NCBI GenBank assembly: GCA_016709495.1
Contig: JADJMS010000015.1
Location: 11,981 to 75,980 of the forward strand
DNA length: 64,000 bases
Direction: 5' to 3'
Source of the DNA: Candidatus Dechloromonas phosphorivorans
Lineage (GTDB): Bacteria; Pseudomonadota; Gammaproteobacteria; Burkholderiales; Rhodocyclaceae
The notes below the pieces were generated by a model. It made no database searches. It was not told the DNA's origin and was given only the letters and a program-made list of their open reading frames with translations. Both the position numbers and the translations under genes were made by a program. This document shows, piece by piece, positions 31,461-41,170 of this stretch (its first letter is position 1; every line of letters begins with the position of its first letter).

Positions 31461-31480
31461 TTGGCACCCGAAGGTGCCAA
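31461..31480. terminator. GC-rich hairpin between convergent dnaE and the chemoreceptor gene (non-canonical flanks)
   Basis: TTGGCACC-CGAA-GGTGCCAA. T residues precede and an A-run follows on the plus strand, so it is not a textbook U-tract terminator in either direction. Confidence 0.45.
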
Positions 31481-31498
31481 AAAAATAGCGCAAATACA

Positions 31499-31513
31499 GC
31501 GTTGACCGTAACA
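31499..31513 (-). repeat. Over-represented oligomer copy (plus strand reads GCGTTGACCGTAACA)
   Basis: Lies between convergent dnaE and the chemoreceptor gene. It sits in the loop of ACAGCG...CGCTGT. Confidence 0.8.
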
Positions 31514-31528
31514 GATCAAGCGCTGTAA

Positions 31529-33046
31529 TTAACTGACCATATCCGTCTTGAATCCAATGCGCACCGCACCCCAGTGGCGTCCATTGATGGTGATCGGCAT
31601 GGACAGGTCATTGAGAATTTCGCCAGTGTCGCGGACATAAGTCTGGAAGAGCGAGGATTTCTGATTTTTGGCCAGTTTGATGCCGACCGGGTCGTTGAAG
31701 ATGCGCTTGTGACGACACTTGGCCAGGTCAATCACCGGATCGCCGCTCGGTACGTTGGAAAATACGCCGTTGTGCGCAGGCGCATAACCGTTGGTATCAA
31801 CCGAAAGTGAGTAGGTCAGGCCCGGTACATCACGCAGCAGGTCGTCGTACATGCGGGTTAGTTCAGCATCGCACTGGCCGTCGTAAGCCGTGGTGTAGCG
31901 CTTGGGATTGGAACCGGGAATGTCCTTGTATTGCTGATCGAAAATATTGACGCCGCGATCATTGAGCTTTTGCAACACGGCGACAACCTGGTCGCGGAAT
32001 AGTGTGCACTTGTCGTGCAAGGTGTCAAACATGCTGTTGCCGGTGCGGAAGTCAGCCAGCGTGCATTGCAGGTCTTCCGTGGATTCGCGCAAGGTCTTGG
32101 CTGAATCGAGGCACTGCTTCATGCGTCCGGAAATATCCACCGAGTGGTCGCGTATTTCTTCAACTTCGCCGTGGATGGTTTGATTGCTCTCGCGCAGATT
32201 GCCGATGGCTTCGGAAATCATTGTCAATTGTTCGGTGGTGCGCTTGAAGTCGCCAACCATGGTGCTCAAGTCGGCCGCCGAGGTTTCGACGTAGCCGTTG
32301 GCCCTGGTGACTTCCGCAACAATGGTTTGGGTTTTGGCTGAGGTATCGGCGACCAGATTGATCATCGATTGGGTGTTTTGGCCGATCACCTGCGTGGCTG
32401 TCTTGACCTTTTCGGCCAGTTTGCGCACCTCGTCGGCAACCACTGCAAAACCGCGCCCGGCTTCGCCCGCCCGTGCCGCTTCAATCGCGGCGTTGAGTGC
32501 CAGCAGATTGGTTTGATCGGAAATGTCGTTGATCAGCGAAACGATTTCGTTGATCTTCATCGAACTGGTATGCAGCTCGCCGACTGTCGTCGAGAAGTGC
32601 TCGATGTGCTGGTTGGTCGAGCGCATGGTCGAAGCGACGGTTTCCATCTGTTCCAGCGAACGCTGCGCCAGATTCAGGTTGTTCAGGGTTGATCCCTGAA
32701 TGGCTTCGGAATTGAGGGCAACGGCGCTGACGGCCTGATTAACCCGATTGCTCGATTCAAAGACATCACCGGCTAATGATTCCTGCCGACGTACTGCGTC
32801 ACCAGTCAGTTGCACCAGATGGTTCATGCGGGCGGCATCAGAGGCAATGCTGACGCTGCGCTCGCGGGCGTGCGAGATGAGGCCGCGCACCCGGCTGAAG
32901 AAACGATTGATGTTGCCTGAAACCCTGCCGGCCGCATCGCTGCCTGTGGTGCCTACAGAGTGCGAAAGATCAGCGCTGCCATCGGCAATCGCGGCAATGT
33001 CGCGGTCGATTTTTTCGAGTGCCGCATTGTTTCCAAAAAATCCCAT
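31529..33046 (-). CDS. Soluble methyl-accepting chemotaxis protein with a C-terminal Cache-like sensor domain
   Basis: ATG at 33046 follows AGGAG. The signalling hairpin core is [36 protein letters not shown]. There is no TM segment. The ~170-aa C-terminal domain ends ...[16 protein letters not shown]. Confidence 0.8.
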   Translation of the reverse strand: MGFFGNNAALEKIDRDIAAIADGSADLSHSVGTTGSDAAGRVSGNINRFFSRVRGLISHARERSVSIASDAARMNHLVQLTGDAVRRQESLAGDVFESSNRVNQAVSAVALNSEAIQGSTLNNLNLAQRSLEQMETVASTMRSTNQHIEHFSTTVGELHTSSMKINEIVSLINDISDQTNLLALNAAIEAARAGEAGRGFAVVADEVRKLAEKVKTATQVIGQNTQSMINLVADTSAKTQTIVAEVTRANGYVETSAADLSTMVGDFKRTTEQLTMISEAIGNLRESNQTIHGEVEEIRDHSVDISGRMKQCLDSAKTLRESTEDLQCTLADFRTGNSMFDTLHDKCTLFRDQVVAVLQKLNDRGVNIFDQQYKDIPGSNPKRYTTAYDGQCDAELTRMYDDLLRDVPGLTYSLSVDTNGYAPAHNGVFSNVPSGDPVIDLAKCRHKRIFNDPVGIKLAKNQKSSLFQTYVRDTGEILNDLSMPITINGRHWGAVRIGFKTDMVS

Positions 33047-33177
33047 ACAAAGTCTCCTGCCCTTGATTTTTTTCGTTTGCCAGCATGGGGCGGCAAATCT
33101 TCGCAGATCATACGCCGCCCCGTTATTGCTTGTCACTCAAGGATTTAGGGATTTTTCACAAATTTTTACAGGCCAAT

Positions 33178-33200
33178 AAAAAAGCCGCCCGGAGGGGGCC
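33178..33200 (-). terminator. Intrinsic terminator downstream of the peroxiredoxin gene
   Basis: The minus strand reads GGCCCCCTCCGGGCGGC followed by TTTTTT. The stem is an imperfect GC stem. Confidence 0.6.
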
Positions 33201-33220
33201 TTAACTGAAATTCAAAATGA

Positions 33221-33820
33221 TTACAGCTTTTTGGCGTTCTTGGCCAAGTAGGCAGCAACACCTTCGGTAGAAGCGGTCATGCCGGGCTTGCCCTTGCTCC
33301 AGCCAGCCGGGCAGACTTCACCGTGTTCTTCGGTGAACTGCAGTGCATCTACCATGCGCAGCATTTCGTCGATGTTGCGGCCGAGCGGCAGCATATTGAC
33401 GACCTGGTGCATGACGACACCCGTCTTGTCGATCAGGAAAGAACCGCGCAGGGCAACGCCGGCGCCTTCGAGTTCGACATCGTAAGCGCGGCAGATGTCG
33501 TGCTTGATGTCAGCAACCAGCGGGTAGCCAACCTGGCCGATACCGCCGTCCTTGATGGCGGTGTTTTTCCACGCCAGGTGGGTGAACTGGGAGTCGATGG
33601 AGACGCCAATCACTTCAACGCCTCGCTGGGTGAATTCTTCCAGGCGGTGATCGAAAGCGATCAACTCGGACGGGCAGACGAAGGTGAAGTCGAGCGGGTA
33701 GAAGAACAGAACAACCGGCTTGCCCTTGAATTGGGAAAGCTTCAGTTTGTTGATTTCATTGTTGCCATAAACAGCGGTTGCGGTGAAGTCTGGGGCTTGC
33801 TTGCCAACGAGAACGGCCAT
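33221..33820 (-). CDS. 2-Cys peroxiredoxin (AhpC/Prx1 family)
   Basis: FFYPLDFTFVCPSE is the peroxidatic Cys motif, and EVCPAGW carries the resolving Cys. Confidence 0.92.
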   Translation of the reverse strand: MAVLVGKQAPDFTATAVYGNNEINKLKLSQFKGKPVVLFFYPLDFTFVCPSELIAFDHRLEEFTQRGVEVIGVSIDSQFTHLAWKNTAIKDGGIGQVGYPLVADIKHDICRAYDVELEGAGVALRGSFLIDKTGVVMHQVVNMLPLGRNIDEMLRMVDALQFTEEHGEVCPAGWSKGKPGMTASTEGVAAYLAKNAKKL

Positions 33821-33958
33821 AGTGAATTCCTTGTATTGATTTGATCTGGTTTTGGGGGTTCTTGGAATTTAAACAAGAGGCCCGGTGCTGTCAAATTGCG
33901 TATGTCCGGCTTCCCCTGTTGCTGGGGGAAAATACCAAAAAATCAGGCATTTTTTGTG

Positions 33959-33971
33959 GTTGACCGTAACA
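33959..33971 (-). repeat. Over-represented oligomer copy (plus strand reads GTTGACCGTAACA)
   Basis: Intergenic, between the peroxiredoxin and PepSY genes. Confidence 0.8.
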
Positions 33972-34050
33972 GTTTGCGCTTAAGGTAGTGCCCCGAGTTC
34001 TGCGGTCGTGTGATCGGGAGTGGTTCGGCAAAGCATATACGTAAAGATGC

Positions 34051-35298
34051 TCATTCGACTGTACCAAGTGGTCGGGACGAAGCACGAGCGCTGCGTTTTT
34101 TCCACCAGATGTAAATGCCGGTCATGGCGAGCATTACGATCAGCAAGCCAAGCACTGAAACGAAAATTCGATAGGGCAGACCAAATACGTTTGCATCATG
34201 CAAGGCGTTAAGCCACATCGTTACAGTTACGCCGCTATGCTGACCGGTGGGAAGTTGTAGTTGCTTCAATTCGCCGTTGTTGGCGTCGAAGACCAGCCTT
34301 GTTCGCCCGCGCCGATCCTGAATGTCACGACTGCTGCGAACGGTGTAAATGTAGAGATGCCTTGCCCGATCAAGACGCAGGCCGACAGGTTTTTCTATGG
34401 AGAAGCCATGTAATTGGCTTTGTTCCGCCATTAGCCGATCTGCAATTTCGATTGCTTGCGGCCAATCGACTGCCGGATTTTTCAGCCGGGTCTCTTGCTT
34501 GGGCAACTCCCAGTAGGGGGGCGGATAATCGAACACCTGCCGGGTGACAGGTGCATAGACAATATCGTGCAAGTTCATGTAGACGCTGGACCACGCGAAT
34601 ATCAACAAGGCCAGCCAGACCCATAAACCGCCAGCGCGATGCAGATCGAAATTCAATCGGTAAGTAGAGGCTTGCCACTTGACTAGCCAGGCCGGCTTCC
34701 AGCGGCCTAAAAATGAGCGGCGAAGCTGACTGCCTGGAACAGACTTATTGGTTCGAGTGATGGCCGGCAAGGTGAGGTAGAGGCTGACAAAACAGTCGAT
34801 GGTCCAGAGCAGGGCGGCAATCCCCAGTAACCATGCACCCAATTCGCCCAGTGAGAGGTTGTAGTGCAAGCGAAAGATGAAGGGCATGAGATTGTCCATC
34901 CCCGTGGGCAATCCTTCTCCAGTGAGACGACGACCGAGTTCATCTCCGCTAAACGGATCGAGAAACAACTCGCTGAACCCTAACGTGGCTGGGTTGCCTG
35001 CCTCTGCCGAATTGCCGGGTTCGAGGCGAATCATCACAGTCTCTGGCATCCCGATATCGATGAGATTGATGCGAGCCTCTGGTGCCAATCGTTCGGCACG
35101 CTCGATCAGTTTTATTAAACTCAGCGACTGGCCTGCACGTTCAGGTGGAAATAAATGGGGGGTGACTATTCGATTCAATTCCGGCTGGAATGCCAGAAGG
35201 CATCCTGTCAGACCAACAATAATCAGAAATAGTGTGATGGCGAGACCGACATAGCGATGCACCAAGACAAAAGCACGGCGAATATTCGTCGGGTTCAT
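34051..35298 (-). CDS. PepSY-associated TM-helix protein (PiuB-like, siderophore-associated reductase family)
   Basis: MNPTNIRRAFVLVHRYVGLAITLFLIIVGLTG... is the typical PepSY_TM N-terminus. The gene lies downstream of a TonB-dependent receptor. Confidence 0.75.
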   Translation of the reverse strand: MNPTNIRRAFVLVHRYVGLAITLFLIIVGLTGCLLAFQPELNRIVTPHLFPPERAGQSLSLIKLIERAERLAPEARINLIDIGMPETVMIRLEPGNSAEAGNPATLGFSELFLDPFSGDELGRRLTGEGLPTGMDNLMPFIFRLHYNLSLGELGAWLLGIAALLWTIDCFVSLYLTLPAITRTNKSVPGSQLRRSFLGRWKPAWLVKWQASTYRLNFDLHRAGGLWVWLALLIFAWSSVYMNLHDIVYAPVTRQVFDYPPPYWELPKQETRLKNPAVDWPQAIEIADRLMAEQSQLHGFSIEKPVGLRLDRARHLYIYTVRSSRDIQDRRGRTRLVFDANNGELKQLQLPTGQHSGVTVTMWLNALHDANVFGLPYRIFVSVLGLLIVMLAMTGIYIWWKKRSARASSRPLGTVE

Positions 35299-35339
35299 TT
35301 ACAGTCAGCCGGCCTTTTGAGTGTTGAAAACCAAGAAAT

Positions 35340-35379
35340 GCGCACGGAGTTTTGGCAAAATTGCCCTATTTCCGTGCGC
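35340..35379 (-). terminator. Nested stem-loop between the TonB-dependent receptor and PepSY genes
   Basis: GCGCACGGA ... TCCGTGCGC is a perfect 9-bp outer stem. It encloses GGCAA-AA-TTGCC. It may be an attenuator or terminator, and there is no clear U-tract. Confidence 0.45.
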
Positions 35380-35395
35380 CTTGGTCATGGTGAAA

Positions 35396-37534
35396 TTAGA
35401 ATTTCATGCGCAGTGACAACTCATAGGTCCGTGGGTTGGCAATCAGAACCTGGGTGTTGCCGTAGGCTGACTCCGCATAAAGCTCATCAGTGGCATTTCG
35501 CACTCTGAAACCTACGTCCAAAGCTTTGCTGACTTTGTAATCGGCTGACAAATCAAGGGTGGTGTAGGAAGGCAGTTCAAGGGTGTTGGCGTCGTTGATA
35601 TAGGCCTTGTCAACATGTCTCACCCAGCTGCCAAAACTCCAGGCTGCAGTCGGCATGAACTGAACGCCAAGATTGGCCATCCACTGCGGCACCAGACGCG
35701 GTGTATTGCCGCTTAGTGACACAGGCGGGTTGCCGGTTGAGTACTCATCGTAGCGAGCATGAACGTAGGCAATGTTGCCATCGATCTGCCAATGCTGAGT
35801 TGGCCTTAAGCCCAGGCTCAACTCAATACCTTGCGATGATTGCTGACCAACTGGCAAGCGGTTGGTTGGTTTGGCCGGATCAGGAACGAAGACATTTTTC
35901 TTTTCAATGTCATAAATAGCGGCCGTCCACTCGCCCTTGTTGCCCCAGAATCCCTGCTTTACGCCGATTTCAAATTGTTTCGCTGTTGTCAGATCCAATT
36001 GGCTCTGATTGCGATTGAGTACGAACAAGGTTCCACCCGGTTCGACAGCAGTTGCGTAGGATGCATAAAACGTAGTGTTTGGCGTCAGATCGTAAACGGC
36101 GCCGACTCTCCAAGAGTTGAAATTGTGAGTCTTGGACTCTTTCGGTGACCCAGCCTGATCGTGGTAAGTCCAATCAGTCTGGAAGCGATCATGACGCAGT
36201 CCACCGATCAATTTGAATTCCTTGGTTAGCGACAACTGATCCTCGGTGAACAGGGACCATTGATTGATGCTTACTTCGCGTGCCAATGACTTGTTGATGC
36301 GAGTGCCCGTGTTGAAATTAACGCTGGGTGGGTTGTAGGCATCGACAGTTTGCGTTCCCGGGAAGCCGTTACGTTCGCTCTTGAATTCGGTTCGATTGAT
36401 ATCCGCGCCTATCAGGAAACGATTGTCCAGCCCGCCAATTTTTCCTTTGAGCAAGCCTTCCAGCCGGTTACCGATCAACTGGTGATCATGATCAATATCT
36501 CCCCACGAGAAGCGCGTTACCGTGGGCTTAGCGCTCGCGTTGTAGCGGAACTCTGACACATCGCGCCAGTTGCGATAGGAGTCGTAGTAGTACATCTGAT
36601 TGCGCACCTCAAAGTCAGGTGTTGCCTGCCACTCGAGATTGCCGCGCAGCCAGGTGGTGTTCGAGGCATAGATGTTGTCAGTCAGGTTGTTGTAGTTAAT
36701 TCGGCGCAATGAGCGCTCAATCTTGCCGTTGACCAGCGGGGTTCCGTAATAGAAGTCGTTGACGTCATCTCGCATTTTGTCGAGCTCAAGGGTTAGCTTG
36801 AGGGTGTCGCTCAATTTAAAGAGGAGCGATCCGGTAAAGCGGTCCAGAGCGCCGCGTTCACCATCAACATAGCTGCCAAAGCGATTGGTGCTGATGTCTG
36901 CACGATATGCGACTGCATCATCTTTTATTGCCCCACCTTTGCCTACATGGAGGCGGTGCGAGTTGTAACTGGAGTATGCATAATCGATTTCAAAAGGCTG
37001 GGCTGCAAAACTCGGTGCGCGTGATATCAGGTTAACCGTTGCGCCGGTGCCGCCTTCTCCGTTGAGGACGGACGCGGGGCCGCGCAGAACTTCGATCCGG
37101 TCATAGTTGGCGGTATCGAGAATACGGGAAGACATGTTCGACCCACCGGGTACCCGCACGCCGTTATAGAGCCAGGTGACACCGTTTTCAATGAATCCGC
37201 GAGCTGAAAAGCCGACATGGGATGCACCGACTCGTGCGCCGTTAAGGCCGGCAACTTTGCTGACGGCCTCGACCATCGTCCGGTCACCACGCTCTTGCAT
37301 CGTTTCCTGGCTGATGACGTCGATGCTCGCCGGTATTTCCTTGATTGTGGTACCCAAGCGTGACCCCGTGCTTGCCGGAACGTCCAGCGGCATGACACGC
37401 AGGTCTCGCGCACCACTGACATTAACCGTCGAGAGCTCTTTGGTTTCTTCTGCTTGTGCAGACAAGTTACCAAGGCTACCCAATACCCCCAATAGCGCCA
37501 TCGCCACTGGCGATAGTCTGAATTGCTGCTGCAT
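35396..37534 (-). CDS. TonB-dependent siderophore receptor
   Basis: The internal ATG gives MQQQFRLSPVAMALLGVLGSLGNLSAQA. A plug domain (TonB-box region ELSTVNVSG) and a C-terminal ...YELSLRMKF are present. Confidence 0.9.
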   Translation of the reverse strand: MQQQFRLSPVAMALLGVLGSLGNLSAQAEETKELSTVNVSGARDLRVMPLDVPASTGSRLGTTIKEIPASIDVISQETMQERGDRTMVEAVSKVAGLNGARVGASHVGFSARGFIENGVTWLYNGVRVPGGSNMSSRILDTANYDRIEVLRGPASVLNGEGGTGATVNLISRAPSFAAQPFEIDYAYSSYNSHRLHVGKGGAIKDDAVAYRADISTNRFGSYVDGERGALDRFTGSLLFKLSDTLKLTLELDKMRDDVNDFYYGTPLVNGKIERSLRRINYNNLTDNIYASNTTWLRGNLEWQATPDFEVRNQMYYYDSYRNWRDVSEFRYNASAKPTVTRFSWGDIDHDHQLIGNRLEGLLKGKIGGLDNRFLIGADINRTEFKSERNGFPGTQTVDAYNPPSVNFNTGTRINKSLAREVSINQWSLFTEDQLSLTKEFKLIGGLRHDRFQTDWTYHDQAGSPKESKTHNFNSWRVGAVYDLTPNTTFYASYATAVEPGGTLFVLNRNQSQLDLTTAKQFEIGVKQGFWGNKGEWTAAIYDIEKKNVFVPDPAKPTNRLPVGQQSSQGIELSLGLRPTQHWQIDGNIAYVHARYDEYSTGNPPVSLSGNTPRLVPQWMANLGVQFMPTAAWSFGSWVRHVDKAYINDANTLELPSYTTLDLSADYKVSKALDVGFRVRNATDELYAESAYGNTQVLIANPRTYELSLRMKF

Positions 37535-37615
37535 GCAATTTACCCCTTCTCTAGTTATGACCAACAAAATCCCCGAGCAACCACAACGGTGGTGGTAGCT
37601 GAAAAACACCGGCGT

Positions 37616-38026
37616 CTAGCGCGCCGGTTCAGTTAAAAAGGCTATTTTTACGATGCTGGCGCGCTGTGCTGCGGCCATCACATCGGCGACTTTTTCGTAA
37701 ATCACCTTGCGGTCAGCGCGCAGGTGGAGTTCCGGCTGGCGCGGGCTGGCGGCGGCTAAGCGGGTGTCCAGCGCTGTGCGTTCAATGGCTTCGCCATTCC
37801 AGAAAATCTTGCCATCGACATCAATCGCCAGCTGAATGACTTCCGGCTTGTCATCAAGCTTGGTGGCGGTGACTTGCGGCAGATCGATGGGAACGGCCTG
37901 GTGAAAGAGCGGCGCCGTGATGATAAAAATAACCAGCAAGACCAGCATCACGTCGACCAGCGGTGTGGTGTTGATCTCGGCCATCGGCTGGGTCACGCCA
38001 GCTTCGTCAAAGCTTCCGAAAGCCAT
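37616..38026 (-). CDS. exbD: Biopolymer transport protein ExbD
   Basis: 136 aa. INTTPLVDVMLVLLVIFIITAP is the ExbD/TolR signature. Confidence 0.9.
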   Translation of the reverse strand: MAFGSFDEAGVTQPMAEINTTPLVDVMLVLLVIFIITAPLFHQAVPIDLPQVTATKLDDKPEVIQLAIDVDGKIFWNGEAIERTALDTRLAAASPRQPELHLRADRKVIYEKVADVMAAAQRASIVKIAFLTEPAR

Positions 38027-38028
38027 GA

Positions 38029-38763
38029 TCAGGCCTGCCGGCTGCTGCGGGCGGCAGCGATGTCGACCAGATTGACGTTGCCGCCAACGCGCACGCCGGT
38101 CGTCAGGTAGGCATGCAGGTCGTGGGCAAAGCCGTCGAGTTGCACGGCCACCAGACGGTTGGCGCGGGTGAAGGCGTTGTAGGCGAGGACGGCGGGAATG
38201 GCGACGAAAAGGCCGGCGGCAGTCATGATTAGCGCTTCGCCCACCGGGCCGGCGACCTTGTCGAGCACCACCTGGGTGGCACCGGAAAGGCCGACCAGCG
38301 CGTGGTAGATGCCCCAGACCGTGCCGAAGAGGCCGATGAATGGTGCAGTCGACCCGACAGAGGCGAGAAAAGTGAGTCCCTGCTCAATACGCGATTGGGA
38401 ATTGACGATGTGCGAGCGCATTGAGCGGGTGACGAATTCGCTGGCATTGACGCCGGCACCGATGCCGCGTGCGGCGTTCTGCTGATGCGCTTGGGCTGAG
38501 TGGGCGCCGGTCAGGGCGAGGCCGGCGAAAATTCCCGAAGGATCATCGCGGCGTAGCGCTTCGAGTGCTTCGGGCAGCGAATTGGCGCTCCAGAAGCCGT
38601 TCAGCGCCTTTTCCTGCGAACGCGAGGCGCGCCAGGTGGACATCATCTTGCTGAGAATGACTGTCCAGGAACTCAGCGAGAGCAGGGCCAGAATAATGGC
38701 GGTGGTGTGGGTGACCAGGTCGCCCTGATGCCAGAAGTGGGCGAGGCCCATTTGCGATTCCAT
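38029..38763 (-). CDS. exbB: MotA/TolQ/ExbB proton-channel protein ExbB
   Basis: ATG at 38763 follows AAGGGA just after the tonB stop. GSTAPFIGLFGTVWGI is the ExbB signature. Confidence 0.88.
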   Translation of the reverse strand: MESQMGLAHFWHQGDLVTHTTAIILALLSLSSWTVILSKMMSTWRASRSQEKALNGFWSANSLPEALEALRRDDPSGIFAGLALTGAHSAQAHQQNAARGIGAGVNASEFVTRSMRSHIVNSQSRIEQGLTFLASVGSTAPFIGLFGTVWGIYHALVGLSGATQVVLDKVAGPVGEALIMTAAGLFVAIPAVLAYNAFTRANRLVAVQLDGFAHDLHAYLTTGVRVGGNVNLVDIAAARSSRQA

Positions 38764-38776
38764 GTTTTCCCTTTCT

Positions 38777-39502
38777 TTACTCAAGTGCAAAGGTGATCGG
38801 AACGATCACCGAAGAATCAACTGTTTCGTCGCCGCGCTTGGCCGGCACAAAGCGCCAGTGCGTGACGGCATCAATGGCGGCGCTATCAAGGCGGGGGAAG
38901 CCGCTTGATTTGGAGATAGCGACATCCAGTGCATCACCTTTGGCGCTGACCCGGACTTTCAGCAAAACCTTGCCTTCCTCACCCTGGCGCCGTGCCAGAG
39001 GCGGGTAAATTGGCTTCGGGTTGTGCAGGTAATCAGCATCAAAGCGTGCAGCAACCAAAGGTGCTGGCGGCGCTGAGATGGCAGCGACTGGTTGCGGCGG
39101 CGGGGCCGGCGGTTGCGGTGCGACGACAAAACTGCTGGAGGTGTTGGCCGTGCTGTCCACGGCCAAAATGGGTTGCGGCTGAATTTGCGGACGGCGTACC
39201 TGAGGCACAGGTTTGGGGGGCGGCGGCAGCGGTTTCGGCGGCTCGATCTTCTTTTCTTCAGCGAGCGGCAGCAGACGGGCGCTGATGCTGGGCGGTAATT
39301 GAATCAGGTCATTTTTGACCGAGATGTACAACACGGCATAAAGCAGCAGGGCGTGCACCAGAATCGCCAGACCCCAGGTCAGCAGGCGCTCAACTGGTGT
39401 GGGCGCGGGTGTTGCCAGATGAAACGCGGGCAGCTCATCTGGTGCCTGGGTCTCATTGAGAATGGAGAAAGGTGGGGAGGCAGTCAAAACGTAAGAATTC
39501 AC
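38777..39502 (-). CDS. tonB: Energy transducer TonB
   Basis: Pro-rich linker KKIEPPKPLPPPPKPVPQVRRPQIQPQP. C-terminal TonB domain YPPLARRQGEEGKVLLKVRVSAKG. GTG start. Confidence 0.88.
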   Translation of the reverse strand: MNSYVLTASPPFSILNETQAPDELPAFHLATPAPTPVERLLTWGLAILVHALLLYAVLYISVKNDLIQLPPSISARLLPLAEEKKIEPPKPLPPPPKPVPQVRRPQIQPQPILAVDSTANTSSSFVVAPQPPAPPPQPVAAISAPPAPLVAARFDADYLHNPKPIYPPLARRQGEEGKVLLKVRVSAKGDALDVAISKSSGFPRLDSAAIDAVTHWRFVPAKRGDETVDSSVIVPITFALE

Positions 39503-39723
39503 TTATTTTGTGATTTGATTTTTGTCAAAAATTGTTATGAATCATGGGTTTGCGAGGGTTGGATTGTAGCGGCTGAAGAGCGGTTGCCCCTGCGACATGA
39601 TGTCGCACCCGAATCGTTGAAGTTCTTGTCTGCCGTCCCCTCTTGGCGCTATGACGGGCAGCGCTGGCATAATGTCGATATGAAAAAAATCATGGCAGCA
39701 GCCAATGAGCGAGGGGCGGGGAT

Positions 39724-41169
39724 GTGCTGAAGGTACTGGTCTTCATGCCAGTGCTGGGTGCCGGGCTGGTTGCCATTTTGCCTGGCCGTTTTGCCGGCTG
39801 GATGTGGCGCCTGGCCTTTTTCTTTGCACTGGCGGCGCTCGGCTACTCGTTCTGGCTGGCGGCCCATTTCGATCCGCTCGGCCCGGCGATCCAGATGCAC
39901 GAAAGCCGGCCGTGGAATGTGCGTCTCGGCTCGTATTTTGCCTTGGGCATCGACGGTATATCGCTGTCCATGCTGCTATTGACCGCATTGCTGACCATGA
40001 TCGCCGTGCTGATGTCGCGACGCATGGAGGATGGCAAGCGGCTCTATTTCACCCTGATCCTGCTGCTTGAGTCGGCGATGTTCGGGGTGTTCACCGCGCG
40101 CGATTGGTCCTTGTTTTACGTTTTCTGGGAAGCCACCTTGCTTCCGCTGTTCTTTCTCATTGATCGCCTGGGGGGCCTTAACCGGCAACGCGCGGCGCTC
40201 AATTTTTTCCTTTACACGCTGGGCGGCTCGGTTTTCATGCTGGTTGCCCTGCTCTTTCTCTATGACGCAGCACCCGGCCACAGTTTTGCGATGGGCGATA
40301 TGGCGGCGGGTGGGCGCGAACTGCCGTTAAACACCCAGTTGTTGATCTTCGCCGGCTTGTTCCTTGGTTTCGGCGTCAAGATGCCGGTTTTTCCTTTGCA
40401 CGGCTGGCTGCCGCTGGCGCACGTAGAAGCGCCTAGCCCGGTGTCGATTCTGCTTTCTGGCGTGCTGCTCAAAATGGGCGCCTATGGCCTGATTCGCGCT
40501 GCCGAAACACTGCCGGCGGCCTTGCTGGCAGCGCAGGACTGGTTGATGGTGATTGCCATGGTGAGTCTCCTTTACGGCGGCATCCTCGCCTGGCGTCAGC
40601 AGGATCTGAAGGCGATGGTCGCCTACTCGTCAATTTCGCACATGGGCGTCGTCTTGCTGGGCATCGCCACGCTTAACGTGACGGGCATGACCGGTGCTGT
40701 GATGCAAATGGTGGCGCATGGCCTGACGGCGGCAACCTTGTTTTTGATTGTTGGCCTGCTCTACCAGCGTACCCATAGTCGCGATCTGGCCGATTACGGT
40801 TCGCTGCTCGGCCGCGCGCCGCGCTTTGCCTTTTTCATTGCCTTTGGACTGCTTGCCGCCATCGGCTTGCCAGGGAGTGCCGGGTTTATTGCCGAGCTGC
40901 ATGTGCTGGTTGGCGGTTTCGGACGCTGGGGCGGCTGGGTGTTGATCGTTTGCTTGGGCATGCTGATCGGTGCAGCCTACGGCTTACGGGTGATCGGCCG
41001 GCTTTGCGGCAAGGGCGAGGCGATGACCATAAGCGACATGACGCGCACTGAAACGTCGGCGGCAGCGATTCTGGCGCTGGCGATTGTCGTGCTGGGCGTC
41101 TGGCCGGCACCCTTGCTTGATCTGATTGCCGGCAGTGTCGGGCGCATCGCCGGATTGTTCGGAGCCTGA
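39724..41169 (+). CDS. Complex-I antiporter-like subunit (NuoM/ND4-like, PF00361), first gene of the DabA-containing operon
   Basis: FYVFWEATLLPLFFLI and GFGVKMPVFPLHGWLPLAHVEAPSPVS carry the conserved Glu and Lys motifs of NuoM. GTG start after GAGGGG. Confidence 0.85.
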   Translation: MLKVLVFMPVLGAGLVAILPGRFAGWMWRLAFFFALAALGYSFWLAAHFDPLGPAIQMHESRPWNVRLGSYFALGIDGISLSMLLLTALLTMIAVLMSRRMEDGKRLYFTLILLLESAMFGVFTARDWSLFYVFWEATLLPLFFLIDRLGGLNRQRAALNFFLYTLGGSVFMLVALLFLYDAAPGHSFAMGDMAAGGRELPLNTQLLIFAGLFLGFGVKMPVFPLHGWLPLAHVEAPSPVSILLSGVLLKMGAYGLIRAAETLPAALLAAQDWLMVIAMVSLLYGGILAWRQQDLKAMVAYSSISHMGVVLLGIATLNVTGMTGAVMQMVAHGLTAATLFLIVGLLYQRTHSRDLADYGSLLGRAPRFAFFIAFGLLAAIGLPGSAGFIAELHVLVGGFGRWGGWVLIVCLGMLIGAAYGLRVIGRLCGKGEAMTISDMTRTETSAAAILALAIVVLGVWPAPLLDLIAGSVGRIAGLFGA

Positions 41170-41170
41170 G

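Noticed and set aside
39503-39560. Fur box upstream of the tonB-exbBD-receptor operon
   Set aside because: The best candidate (CATGATTCATAACAATT on the minus strand) matches the GATAATGATAATCATTATC consensus only loosely. It is plausible biologically but not supportable by eye.
39299-39730. 143-aa ORF spanning the tonB start and the intergenic region
   Set aside because: It overlaps tonB antisense and then runs through the promoter region, with no RBS or motif. The region is better explained as a divergent regulatory spacer.
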